Shown here piece after piece: positions 1 through 9,692 of a stretch of DNA of 64,000 nucleotides (the first letter of the stretch is position 1; every line of letters begins with the position of its first letter). Both the position numbers and the translations under genes were made by a program. Where the stretch lies: positions 530 through 64,529 of the forward strand of contig CABURV010000002.1 in the NCBI GenBank assembly GCA_902494035.1, in the 5' to 3' direction. The notes under the pieces were generated by a model. That model was not told the DNA's origin, ran no database searches, and worked only from the letters and a program-made list of their open reading frames with translations. The stretch comes from an uncultured Collinsella sp. GTDB taxonomy: Bacteria; Actinomycetota; Coriobacteriia; Coriobacteriales; Coriobacteriaceae.

Positions 1-1278
1 CACTCCCACCGCACCGGCATGTCCGCCGCGACGAATCAGCAGGTCGGAACAGCGCTCGACGGCGTCAAACAGGTTAACTTTGCCCACCGAGCGACCAGAG
101 CCGCGCGCGATACCGTCCTCGATCGAGAACAGCAGTGCCGGCACGTGATAGCGGTTGGTCAGACGGCTTGCCACGATGCCCTTGACACCCTCGTGCCAGC
201 CTTCACCGCCCACGACGATCGCGCGTCCGCCGTCATAGGTCTCCTCGACCTTTGCCATAGCATCGCGCGTGAGCTCCGCCTCGATCTCACGGCGCTGGCG
301 GTTGATTTCCTCGAGCTCAGCCGCCAGCGCGCTTGCTTCGATGGGATTGTGGGCAAGCAGCAGGTCGAGCGCCAGCTTGGGATCGGCCATGCGACCGGCA
401 GCGTTTAAGCGGGGAATGAGCGAGAATGACAGGCCATCCGCCGTAATGCTCGAAAGGTCCGCCTTGGCGAGCGAGGCAAGCGCGATATAGCCGGGCCGGG
501 CCGTCACGCGCATCTGCTGGATGCCCTCGGCAACCAGCGCGCGGTTCTCGGGCGTGAGCGGCATCATGTCGGACACGGTGCCCAGCGCCGCGACCTCGAT
601 TAGCGAACGCCAATACGACGGCTTGCCCAGGCGCTCACCCAGGACTTGCACCAGCTTGAGCGCCACACCAGCACCGGCAAGCTCGCGCGAGGGGCCCTCG
701 TCTTCGAGCTTGGGGTCGGTCAGGGGCACACCCTGCGGCACCTGGTCGGAGGGCTCGTGATGGTCCGTGACCACCAAATCGATCCCCAAGCTCTCCAGAT
801 AGGAAACCTCTTCCTTGGCGGCAATGCCGTTATCGACGGTCACGATCAGCTGGGGGCGAGCGAGCTCGTTAACGCGGTCGAGTGCCGCGCGCGAAAGACC
901 GTAGCCCTCATCAAAGCGATGCGGAATAAACGGCGTGACATCGGCGCCAAACGTGCGCAGCGCCTCGGTCAACAGGCAGGTCGACGTAATGCCGTCAACG
1001 TCAAAATCGCCAAAGACCGCAATGTGCTCGTGGTTGCGAATAGCACGCTCGACGCGGTCGGCAACGACCGACATGCCCGGGATAATGAGTGGGTCGGCCC
1101 AGTCGCGATCGAGCGAAGGCGTCAAAAACAATTGGCCCTCTTTGATGGAGCCAATGCCGTGCGCGACCATAATGCGCGCCACCAGCCCGGGAATGCCCAG
1201 ACCAGCCGAAAGCTCCTTTTCGAGCTCGGGGTTTTGCTGAGCGACCGCCCAGCGATGCGTCGTCTTAAGCGATGACAT
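1..1278 (-). CDS. recJ: Single-stranded-DNA exonuclease RecJ (3' end runs off the window)
   Basis: Manual translation from ATG 1278 (MSSLKTTHRWAVAQ...) shows DHH motifs FGDFDVDG, HRFDEGYG, TVDNGI, VTDHH, ALGTVSDMMPL, PRLNAAGR, GSGRS, GGH. Absent from the ORF track because its stop lies outside the window. Confidence 0.95.
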   Translation of the reverse strand, partial: MSSLKTTHRWAVAQQNPELEKELSAGLGIPGLVARIMVAHGIGSIKEGQLFLTPSLDRDWADPLIIPGMSVVADRVERAIRNHEHIAVFGDFDVDGITSTCLLTEALRTFGADVTPFIPHRFDEGYGLSRAALDRVNELARPQLIVTVDNGIAAKEEVSYLESLGIDLVVTDHHEPSDQVPQGVPLTDPKLEDEGPSRELAGAGVALKLVQVLGERLGKPSYWRSLIEVAALGTVSDMMPLTPENRALVAEGIQQMRVTARPGYIALASLAKADLSSITADGLSFSLIPRLNAAGRMADPKLALDLLLAHNPIEASALAAELEEINRQRREIEAELTRDAMAKVEETYDGGRAIVVGGEGWHEGVKGIVASRLTNRYHVPALLFSIEDGIARGSGRSVGKVNLFDAVERCSDLLIRRGGHAGAVGV

Positions 1279-1552
1279 AGGCACCCACCCCTGATAGGGG
1301 CAGGTCGCCGCGATACCTCTCACGGTTCATAGCGATGAGTCCTCTGTGTATGCCCGCTTCGGCAGGCAGATCTGTTGAACGGATTTATTATACCGTGCAG
1401 CGCGGACGCAAAACGCCGCGGTGCGCCGCGGTTTCGGTAAACGATGGCGGTAATGCCCTCGAAATAATCGAGCGTTTCAGCCGCACGGACACATACGAGC
1501 GTCTAGCATATCCATACAAACGAGTTCGCGGATAAAGGGAGTCACGGGGCAT

Positions 1553-2551
1553 ATGAAGCAATGGGCTGGACTGGGAAAGTTCCTCGCGGGGCATATGCAG
1601 ATCATCGTTCCGATTTGCGTGGCGCTCGGCGTGCTCTTTCCCCAGCAGATCGGCGTACTCAAGCCCATTGTTCCCGCCCTCTTCGCCTTTATGACGTTTC
1701 AGGGTGCGCTCAGCAACACCTTTCACCAGGTAGCCGAGGTGTTCCACCGTCCGCTGCACCTGATTCTGGCGTTGCTGGTCTCGGCAGTGCTTATTCCCAT
1801 CGCGGCGTATGCCATGGGGTCACTCTTCTTTGGCTCCAATCCCAACCTTGTCTGCGGCATCGTGCTCGAGTACAGCGTGCCCGTGGCCGTCACCGCTTTT
1901 ATGTGGATCAGCATGTTCGGCGGCAACGGCCCGCTCGCGCTCACCATCATCCTGACGTCCTCGGTTATCTCCCCTGTGACGATTCCGCTCACGCTTAAGC
2001 TCTTGCTGGGTGCCACCGTCTCGATCGATGTGCCGAGCATGATGCAGGACATGGCCTTTATGATCGCCATCCCCGCCGTGCTCGGCATCGTGATCAACGA
2101 GCTCACGCGTGGATGGGGACACGAGAAGCTCTCCCCCGCGCTCTCGCCCGCCTGCAAGTTCATGATGATGGGCGTTATCGCCTCCAACTCCACCGCCATG
2201 AGCGAGTACGTGCTGCACATGAACGCGGTGCGCCTGGAAGTCGCCCTCTTTATTTTGACCTTCGCCATCAGCGGCTTTGTCGTCGGTTTTCTGGTCGCCC
2301 GTGCGCTGCATCTGCCATATAGCGAGACGACTACCATGTGCTTTACCTGCGGCATGCGTAACATCTCTTCGGGCGCCGTCATCGCCACGCAATACTTTCC
2401 GGGCGAAGTCGTGTTTCCCGTCATGTGTGGAACGTTGTTTCAGCAGGTGCTCGCCTCGCTTATCGGGCACCTCTTTGAGCGTCTGACCGGCGAGGAGCGC
2501 GCCGCCCAGCGCAAGCGTGTCGAGGCCGGCCGCAACGCCATGGCACGCTAG
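1553..2551 (+). CDS. Bile acid:sodium symporter (BASS/SBF) family transporter
   Basis: 332 aa, many TM segments, GGNGPLAL and GMRNISSG motifs. Confidence 0.85.
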   Translation: MKQWAGLGKFLAGHMQIIVPICVALGVLFPQQIGVLKPIVPALFAFMTFQGALSNTFHQVAEVFHRPLHLILALLVSAVLIPIAAYAMGSLFFGSNPNLVCGIVLEYSVPVAVTAFMWISMFGGNGPLALTIILTSSVISPVTIPLTLKLLLGATVSIDVPSMMQDMAFMIAIPAVLGIVINELTRGWGHEKLSPALSPACKFMMMGVIASNSTAMSEYVLHMNAVRLEVALFILTFAISGFVVGFLVARALHLPYSETTTMCFTCGMRNISSGAVIATQYFPGEVVFPVMCGTLFQQVLASLIGHLFERLTGEERAAQRKRVEAGRNAMAR

Positions 2552-2581
2552 ACTGCCCGCATTACGCGGGTGTTAGTCTTA

Positions 2582-3379
2582 CTATACGAGCGTTTCCAGA
2601 TGCGCACGCAGGCGCTCAGCATCGACATCGAGCGTGGTCTCAGCATTGACCTGGGCCAAACGATAGCCGACAAAGTAGGGCGAAACCACCCAACGCGGCA
2701 GCGCCTTGGCAATGGTCCGACCGCCCAGGTGATAGAAGAACAGGTTGTACGACTCTGCGCGACCACCGTGGTGCTCGTTCAGGATATAGCGCAGAGCTAC
2801 CTGGATCGCATCGGCGAAGAGATCCGCCTCGGCTTGGTCTCTCGTGTCATCGCTGGCAGCGATTCCCTGCGGGGCTGAAACATTGACCTCAAAGAACCCC
2901 ATAATCGGTTCGGTTGAGATGTTGACCGAGATTCTCTCCTGTTGCCAGACATTTATGCCTTCGAAATTGGCGGAAGTCAGCGAAGCATAACCGTTTTCCT
3001 GCTCCAAACCCACAATCTGCATGTGCGGATGAACGAGACTACCGCCCGAGAGCGGACCCTTGTTCTTGTACATGAGAACGCTGCGATACTGTCGGGAGTC
3101 AATCATCCGCTGCCAGCAATCCAGAGCAAACCGCATAACATGATGCAGCTCGTCCGGCGCATAGGTCACCAGGTCGGCGTCGTGGTCGGACGACTCAATC
3201 AATACGGTCTGGCGAGTGGCCCGCAAGGTCTTAAACTTATTCTCGAGCCAGATGCAGTCACCGTCGCGCCGGATGATATTGGCGAGTTCCTCGGTATCGC
3301 AAAAGGGGCACGCGGTGCCGGGGCGGCGGTTGTCGTCGGGCTTACCGCTCGCCTGCCGAACGTCAAATACCAGCGCCAC
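2582..3379 (-). CDS. DUF4931 / GalT-HIT-like nucleotidyltransferase-fold protein
   Basis: CPFC, NKF, NKGPLSGGSLVHPHMQ motifs. Confidence 0.7.
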   Translation of the reverse strand: MALVFDVRQASGKPDDNRRPGTACPFCDTEELANIIRRDGDCIWLENKFKTLRATRQTVLIESSDHDADLVTYAPDELHHVMRFALDCWQRMIDSRQYRSVLMYKNKGPLSGGSLVHPHMQIVGLEQENGYASLTSANFEGINVWQQERISVNISTEPIMGFFEVNVSAPQGIAASDDTRDQAEADLFADAIQVALRYILNEHHGGRAESYNLFFYHLGGRTIAKALPRWVVSPYFVGYRLAQVNAETTLDVDAERLRAHLETLV

Positions 3380-3382
3380 GGG

Positions 3383-4060
3383 TTATACCTCCAGCGGCAC
3401 GATCTTGGTGCCATGGAGCTCGGAGACGCCCAGTGCCGCCGCCACGGTATCGCGGTTGGCCGTGGAAATGCCGCCGCCGGGAAGGATGGTCAAGCGGTCG
3501 CCCGCATACTCGATCAAGCGGGCCAAGTTTTCGAAGTTGTCCTCGATCGGCGTACCGGCAGCGCCACCATGCGTCAGGATGCGTGTGATGCCGCAGTCGG
3601 CGAGTGTGTCAATCGCGTCGAGCTGAGCCTCGGGCGAGAGCTGGTCAAATGCCATGTGGAAGGTGATGTCGATGGGCTCACGCTTACATTCCTCGGTCGC
3701 GCAGCCCGCAGCCATCACGAGGGCGCCAAGCGTAAGCTCGTCGAGCGCCCATCCGCCAGCGCAGGGCTTGCAGCAGCCAAAGACCAAGCCGTCAACGCCG
3801 GCGCTCACGGCAAGGCCCAGGTCCATCTCCATCATACGCAACTCGTCCTGGTTGTAGTGAAAGTCGCCGCCACGCGGACGGATCATGCACATCACCCGTG
3901 CATCGTGTTCGTGGGCATAGTTGGTCGTAGCGCTGATAACGCCGGCCGAAGGCGTGGTACCGCCAACGGCAAGGTTGTCGCACAGCTCGATACGCCTTGC
4001 ACCGGCATCGATAGCCGCCGGCACCCGCTCAAAGTTCTCGGCACAAAACTCGTACAGCAT
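3383..4060 (-). CDS. cutC: CutC family (copper homeostasis) TIM-barrel protein
   Basis: MLYEFCAENF, RIELCDNLAVGGTTPS, MIRPRGGDF, TFHMAFD, RILTHGG; start reset to ATG 4060. Confidence 0.9.
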   Translation of the reverse strand: MLYEFCAENFERVPAAIDAGARRIELCDNLAVGGTTPSAGVISATTNYAHEHDARVMCMIRPRGGDFHYNQDELRMMEMDLGLAVSAGVDGLVFGCCKPCAGGWALDELTLGALVMAAGCATEECKREPIDITFHMAFDQLSPEAQLDAIDTLADCGITRILTHGGAAGTPIEDNFENLARLIEYAGDRLTILPGGGISTANRDTVAAALGVSELHGTKIVPLEV

Positions 4061-4205
4061 AGATAGACCCCCAGATGACACTTCTATTTCCACACGGCAT
4101 TGTCGCACTTTAAATACCAACCCGCATGACAGAGCAAAATGATTTGGCGGGGACGAAGGAAAACGTCCCCAACGACTACCTCCAACGTCGCAGGCAGAGG
4201 ACGGA

Positions 4206-4352
4206 CAGCGAGCGGGCACCAGAGCGAACAAATTGACATGAAAAGAGGGCGGCATAGACCTTCTGGTCATGCCGCCCTCTTTGAATGACAAGTTGTCGCT
4301 CTGGTGCCCGCGCAGCGTCAACTGGTCCGCCGTTCGGCAGAACGGCAGAACC
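4206..4352 (-). repeat. Structured intergenic element, copy A (long hairpin containing a terminator, plus a second hairpin)
   Basis: Stems 4212-4227/4296-4311 and 4242-4255/4269-4282; colinear homolog at 57154-57299. Confidence 0.8.
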
Positions 4353-4354
4353 GC

Positions 4355-5068
4355 CTAGCCGCCCAAGTAAGCTTTGCGGACGTTATCGTCATGCAGGAGC
4401 TCTTGGCCGGTACCGGTCATGGTGATCTTGCCGGTCTCGAGCACGTAGCCGCGCGTGGCGATGGAAAGCGCCATCTGCGCGTTTTGCTCAACCAGAAGCA
4501 CCGTGGTGCCGGCCTTGTGCAGGTCCTCGACAATCTGGAAGATCTGTTCGATCAGAATCGGTGCCAGACCCATGGAAGGTTCGTCGAGCATAAGCAGTTT
4601 GGGGTTACTCATAAGGGCGCGCCCCATAACGAGCATCTGCTGCTCGCCGCCCGAAAGGGTGCCGGCGACCTGGCGACGACGTTCCTTTAGGCGCGGGAAC
4701 TGCTCGTAGACGCGCTCCAGGCCCGGAGCCACCGTGGACTTGGGCTGTGTATAGGCACCCATCTCCAGGTTCTCCTCGACCGTCATCTGCAAAAAGGCGC
4801 GACGACCCTCGGGAACCTGAGCCAGGCCCTTACCAACCAGCTTATCAGCGGGCGTATGGGTAATGTCCTCGCCCATAAACTTGATGGAGCCGGTCTTGGA
4901 GCGCAGCAGGCCCGAGACGGTCTTGAGCGTTGTGGACTTGCCGGCACCGTTGGCACCAATCAAGGCCACGATCTCACCCTCGTTAACGTTAAAGGAGATG
5001 TCCTTGATGGCGTGGATAGCGCCGTACCAGACGTTGATGTTGTAGACGGAAAGCATCGGCTCTGCCAT
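4355..5068 (-). CDS. livF: Branched-chain amino acid ABC transporter ATP-binding subunit
   Basis: GANGAGKST, VPEGRR, LSGGEQQM, LDEPSMGLAP. Confidence 0.93.
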   Translation of the reverse strand: MAEPMLSVYNINVWYGAIHAIKDISFNVNEGEIVALIGANGAGKSTTLKTVSGLLRSKTGSIKFMGEDITHTPADKLVGKGLAQVPEGRRAFLQMTVEENLEMGAYTQPKSTVAPGLERVYEQFPRLKERRRQVAGTLSGGEQQMLVMGRALMSNPKLLMLDEPSMGLAPILIEQIFQIVEDLHKAGTTVLLVEQNAQMALSIATRGYVLETGKITMTGTGQELLHDDNVRKAYLGG

Positions 5069-5929
5069 TTAGTTCTCCCCCTTATCCTGCTTACCCAGAT
5101 ACGCCTCGATAACGGCGTCGTTGTTCTGGATTTCCTCTGCCGTGCCCTTGGCGATGACCTTACCAAAGTTAAGCACGCAGATGCCCTCGCAGATGTTCAT
5201 AACGAGCGACATATCATGCTCGATAAGCATGATGGCGATGCCGAAGGTGTCGCGAATCTTGACGATGTTCGCCATGAGCTCTGCGGTCTCGGACGGGTTC
5301 ATGCCGGCGGCAGGTTCGTCGAGCAACAGCAGCTTGGGATTGGTGGCAAGCGCGCGGACGATTTCCAGACGACGCTGAGCGCCGTAAGGAAGCGAGCCGG
5401 CCTGTTCATTTGCCAGGTGCTCCATGTCAAAAATGGACAGCAGCTCCATGGCGCGCTCGTGGGCGGCCTTCTCGTGCTTCCAATACGTCGGCAGGCGCAG
5501 CACGCCCTCAAAACCGGAGTAGCGCTCCTGATTGTGCAGGCCGACCTTAACGTTGTCCTCCACCGTCATGGTATTGAACAGGCGGATGTTCTGGAACGTA
5601 CGGGCAATACCCATGCGGTTGACCTGGTAGACCGACTTGCCCGAAGTGTCCTCACCGTCGAGCAGGATGGTGCCGTGCGTAGGCTGGTACACCTTGGTGA
5701 GCAGGTTGAAGACCGTGGTCTTGCCGGCACCGTTGGGGCCGATGAGACCGGCGATCTCAGTCTTGCCGATGGTCAGGCTAAAGTCATCGACTGCCTTAAG
5801 GCCGCCGAATTCAATGCCCAGGTGGATGCACTCGAGCGCCGGGCGCTGGCCCAAGTCGCGGTCGGGAACGATGGCGCCAGAAGGATACGGGACCATCTTG
5901 CCCTTGTTGAACTCAAACTTACTGGGCAT
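5069..5929 (-). CDS. livG: Branched-chain amino acid ABC transporter ATP-binding subunit
   Basis: GPNGAGKTT, RTFQNIRLF, LDEPAAGMN, VIEAYLG. Confidence 0.93.
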   Translation of the reverse strand: MPSKFEFNKGKMVPYPSGAIVPDRDLGQRPALECIHLGIEFGGLKAVDDFSLTIGKTEIAGLIGPNGAGKTTVFNLLTKVYQPTHGTILLDGEDTSGKSVYQVNRMGIARTFQNIRLFNTMTVEDNVKVGLHNQERYSGFEGVLRLPTYWKHEKAAHERAMELLSIFDMEHLANEQAGSLPYGAQRRLEIVRALATNPKLLLLDEPAAGMNPSETAELMANIVKIRDTFGIAIMLIEHDMSLVMNICEGICVLNFGKVIAKGTAEEIQNNDAVIEAYLGKQDKGEN

Positions 5930-7007
5930 CGGCTGCCACCTCCTTCTTGGAAGCAAAGCGGTCCTTAATGCGTGCGAAGAACGCCTTGAGCTGTGGGTTG
6001 TTAGTAAAGACCATGACCAGAATCAACACGATGGCGTAGATGAGCATGCGGTAGTCCGAGAACTGACGGAGCAGCTCGGGGAGCACCGTGAGCAGCGCCG
6101 CGGCGATAACGGAGCCGCGCATGTTGCCCAGGCCGCCCAGGACCACGAACACCAGAATGAGGATGGACGTATTGAAGTCGAACTTAGTGGCGGAAAGCTG
6201 CGAGAAGTTACCGCCGAACAGGGCTCCGGCAGCACCGGCGAGGGCAGCGGAAACCACGAAGGCGATCATGCGGTACTGGGTGACGGAGATGCCCACAGAC
6301 TCGGCAGCGATCTTGTTGTCGCGCACGGCAATAATGGCACGACCGGTACGGCTGCGAACCAGGTTGAGCACAATCACGAGCGCGACCATAACCAGGATTG
6401 CGCCGGCAAGGAAGGTCGAATAGGTCGACACGCCCGATGCGCCCTGCGCGCCCTTGATGATGGCGGTGCCGTCCTCGAGCAGGTGCAGGTCGTCGATCGT
6501 AGAGTTACCCGTGATGTTAAAGATCACATGCAGGCCGCGGGAATCGACGCCCACAATGAGGCAGGTGACGACCTCTTTGATGATCTCGCCAAAAGCCAGG
6601 GTCACAATGGCCAGATAGTCGCCGCTCAGGCGCAGGACCGGGATACCGATCAAGAAGCCCAAGATGGCAGCGGCGATAGCGCCGACCACGATGCTGATGA
6701 TCAGGCGCATCGGGTCGGACGGAACGGCGCTCTCCAGCGCGACGGCGGTGACGATTCCCGTATAGGCGCCGACGCTCATAAAGCCCGCGTGGCCCAGCGA
6801 CAAGTCTCCCGCAATACCGACGACGAGGTTAAGCGAGATGGCCATAACAATGTAGGCCGTGATGGGGACCAACTGACCGGCGATCATGCGCGGAATCATG
6901 TGGTTCGACTGCATAAAGAACACGATGGCGAAGGCCACGATGCACATGGCGTACGTGACAAAGTCGTGACGCGTCTGCTTATCTTTAAGAAACTTCATAA
7001 CGCTCAC
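5919..7007 (-). CDS. livM: Branched-chain amino acid ABC transporter permease
   Basis: SLGHAGF, LRLSGDYLAIVTLAFGEI, VVLGGLG. Confidence 0.92.
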   Translation of the reverse strand: MSVMKFLKDKQTRHDFVTYAMCIVAFAIVFFMQSNHMIPRMIAGQLVPITAYIVMAISLNLVVGIAGDLSLGHAGFMSVGAYTGIVTAVALESAVPSDPMRLIISIVVGAIAAAILGFLIGIPVLRLSGDYLAIVTLAFGEIIKEVVTCLIVGVDSRGLHVIFNITGNSTIDDLHLLEDGTAIIKGAQGASGVSTYSTFLAGAILVMVALVIVLNLVRSRTGRAIIAVRDNKIAAESVGISVTQYRMIAFVVSAALAGAAGALFGGNFSQLSATKFDFNTSILILVFVVLGGLGNMRGSVIAAALLTVLPELLRQFSDYRMLIYAIVLILVMVFTNNPQLKAFFARIKDRFASKKEVAADAQ

Positions 7008-7889
7008 CTACACCTTCTCGGGGACGTACTTGCCCAAGAGGCCGGCAGGCTTGACGAGCAGGACGATGATCAGAACACCAAAGACGATGGAGTTGGCAAG
7101 GCTCGTGGAAATGTAGGCCTGCGCCATCGCTTCGATGATGCCGATGAGAATGCCACCGACAAAGGCGCCGGGGATGGAGCCGATGCCACCGAAGACGGCA
7201 GCGTCGAAGGCCTTGATGCCAGGCATGGCGCCCGTCGTGGGCTGCAGCACCGGCGAGTAGGAGCACAGCAGCACGCCGGCGATGGCGGCAAGGGCAGAGC
7301 CGATGGCGAACGTCATCGAGATGGTGCGGTTGACGTTGATGCCCATGAGCTGAGCGGCGGCCTTGTCCTCGGACACGGCGCGCATGGCTTTGCCCATCTT
7401 GGTCTTACCTGTAAAGAACATCAGGCCGACCATGATAACCAGACAGGCGACGATGGTGACGAGCGAGACGGCGCTCACGTTGAACTTGGCCAAGAACTCC
7501 GGCACCGGGAAGGCGACGAGCGAAGTAAAGTTCTTGGGCGTGGCGCCCCACAGAAGCTGTGCGGCATTCTGCAGGAAGTAGGACACGCCGATAGCCGTGA
7601 TCAGAACGGCCAGCGGGCCCGCCTGACGCAGCGGCTTGTATGCCAGACCCTCGATGAGAACACCGAGAACGGTACAGACCACACAGGAGAGAACTACAGA
7701 TGCCCAGCCCGGGAGGCCGAGATACGACGTGGCGCAGAACGAGACATAGGCACCGACCATGATGACGTCGCCGTGAGCGAAGTTGAGCATCTTGGCGATA
7801 CCGTAGACCATGGTGTAGCCCAACGCGATGATGGCGTAGACGCTGCCCATGGACAGGCCGTTGACCAGGTATTGGATAAAGACCGTCAT
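7008..7889 (-). CDS. livH: Branched-chain amino acid ABC transporter permease
   Basis: GSVYAIIALGYTMVYG, NFAHG, GKAMRAVSED, KPAGLLG. Confidence 0.93.
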   Translation of the reverse strand: MTVFIQYLVNGLSMGSVYAIIALGYTMVYGIAKMLNFAHGDVIMVGAYVSFCATSYLGLPGWASVVLSCVVCTVLGVLIEGLAYKPLRQAGPLAVLITAIGVSYFLQNAAQLLWGATPKNFTSLVAFPVPEFLAKFNVSAVSLVTIVACLVIMVGLMFFTGKTKMGKAMRAVSEDKAAAQLMGINVNRTISMTFAIGSALAAIAGVLLCSYSPVLQPTTGAMPGIKAFDAAVFGGIGSIPGAFVGGILIGIIEAMAQAYISTSLANSIVFGVLIIVLLVKPAGLLGKYVPEKV

Positions 7890-7965
7890 GTTCCACATCC
7901 CCCTTTCGAATAGGTTTCCAGTTAATGTATGAAACAGGGACGTTACATCGTCCCTAGATACCAAG

Positions 7966-7997
7966 CAAGCAGGGAAGGCCAAAACCTCCCCTGCTTG
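7966..7997 (-). terminator. Hairpin between livK and livH (terminator or mRNA-stabilising stem)
   Basis: caagcagggaagg / cctcccctgcttg inverted repeat. Confidence 0.5.
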
Positions 7998-8028
7998 GGA
8001 TCAAAACCGCTCTATGTAAGGCGGCCTA

Positions 8029-9216
8029 TTAGGCCTGTACGTACTTGCCGTCGGTGATGACGTACGCCGTGGGCTCCTTCTGGACCTGGCCCTTATCGTT
8101 CCAGGTGAGCTTGCCGGTCAGACCGTCAACGGTAATCTTGAGCATAGCCTTGGACAGCTTCTCGGCGACCTCGGTCGGGTCGGCGTCGACACCAAGACCG
8201 GCCTCCTTGACGGCCTCGGCCACCGCGTGCACGCCGTCGTAGGCGTCGGCGGCAAACTGGTCGGGGGTATCGCCGTACTTATCCTTGTAAGCGTTAACGA
8301 AGTCGGCGTTCTTCTCGTCGTCGGCGGAGAACGGGGTCATGAGCAGCAGACCCTCGGCAAGAGAGGTATCGAAGCCCTCAACGCCCAGGATGCCGTCCAT
8401 GCCATCGCAGCCCATCATCTTGACGTCGTAGCCCATGTCCTTGGCGTTCTTGAGCAGGACGGACGCCGGCGTGTAGTAGATCGGCGCAAAGATCATGGTG
8501 GCGCCGGCCTGCTTGGCCTTGGTCAGCTGGTTGGTAAAGCTCGTGGCGGAGTCGTCCTTAAAGGTCTCCTCGTCGACAATCTCGAGCTTGGACTCAGCGG
8601 CCTGGGCCTTAAAGGAATCTGCGATGCCCGAAGAATAGGCGTCGCCGGAGTTATAGAACAGCACGAACTTCTCGTCCGCATATTTCTCTGCCAGGAACTT
8701 GGCAGCGTTGACACCCTGGTTGGGGTCGGTGAAGCAAACCTGGAAGACGCAATCCTTGCCGTCGGTGACGTCCTCGGAGGACGCGGACGGGGTGATCATG
8801 AACGTCTTGGGGTCGTTACCACACTCGGCGGCAACGGCAACCGACGCACCCGTGGTGGTCGGGCCGACGAGGGCCTGCATGCCCCAGTCGAGCAGGGTGT
8901 TGAAGGCGTTGACGGCCTTCTCGCCGTCGGCCTGGTCATCCTCGGCCTTGCTGGCAAGCGGCAGCTCCTTGGTCGAGAAATCCTTGCAGCCAAGCTCGAC
9001 ACCCTGGGTAACGGACTTGCCGTAGGACGCGTTGGCGCCGGTCAGCGGGCCGATGGTGCCGATCTTAAACGAAGCGTCGCCCGAAGCGGAACCGCTGTCG
9101 CCGCCGTTGGAGGAGCAACCAGCTAGAATGGACATCGCCCCCAGACCTGCTGCGCTCGCGATAACGCTCCTGCGATTCATAACAGGGTTCAATGACTTAC
9201 CGGTGAGGCTCGACAT
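8029..9216 (-). CDS. livK: Branched-chain amino acid ABC transporter substrate-binding lipoprotein
   Basis: RR-containing signal with LAGC lipobox; IGPLTG, ITPSAS, CFTDPNQG, AADAYD. Confidence 0.9.
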   Translation of the reverse strand: MSSLTGKSLNPVMNRRSVIASAAGLGAMSILAGCSSNGGDSGSASGDASFKIGTIGPLTGANASYGKSVTQGVELGCKDFSTKELPLASKAEDDQADGEKAVNAFNTLLDWGMQALVGPTTTGASVAVAAECGNDPKTFMITPSASSEDVTDGKDCVFQVCFTDPNQGVNAAKFLAEKYADEKFVLFYNSGDAYSSGIADSFKAQAAESKLEIVDEETFKDDSATSFTNQLTKAKQAGATMIFAPIYYTPASVLLKNAKDMGYDVKMMGCDGMDGILGVEGFDTSLAEGLLLMTPFSADDEKNADFVNAYKDKYGDTPDQFAADAYDGVHAVAEAVKEAGLGVDADPTEVAEKLSKAMLKITVDGLTGKLTWNDKGQVQKEPTAYVITDGKYVQA

Positions 9217-9692
9217 GCGGCTCTCCTCTCAAATCTCGTCGGGTTTCGGTTACCCGACAGGCCGTCCTTCGCCGTGTTCGGCGTTCGCAAAATAGTAGAC
9301 GCTTTAGTTGAGGAAAGTGGCGATTATTTCAACTTTTCTTTTGTTTTGTCCATTTATCCATAATTTTGCGTATTTCTATCGGTTTATGCAGTTTAGCCAC
9401 TTTATTGTGTGAAAGTAATATTTCCATTCTGTTACAAGCGCCCCTGCCCTGATTAAAACAGCCTCACCGGTCGCGTTTTGTGCACACCTAGGCGGCGATG
9501 TACTTGCCGTCCTGAATCACATAGGCTGTAGGTCGTATGTAGTGAGCATGTTTCCAATGTTTCCGCAGCGTTTCGGGGGTGCCGTTTTGTGCGACTCCTG
9601 TTGCCTGGCGAGCACGCGCCCTCGGTTCACGCTAGAATGCACTCAACCTTTAAGCGGTTAATCCATCCATAAGATGCACGAAGGAGCTATCT

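Noticed and set aside
1265..1330. 21-codon uORF (MNRERYRGDLPLSGVGAYVIA) overlapping the recJ start on the minus strand
   Set aside because: Too short to distinguish from chance; no attenuator features
5637..7913. Long antisense ORFs (758 aa here; also 14825..17032, 9687..11066, 22985..24610, 43963..45651, 46730..48304)
   Set aside because: Shadow frames opposite well-supported genes, expected with high GC3; no recognisable motifs
9217..9420. Hairpins and AT-rich stretch upstream of livK as a T-box or attenuator
   Set aside because: No T-box motif, terminator or leader peptide recognised; probably an ordinary promoter region
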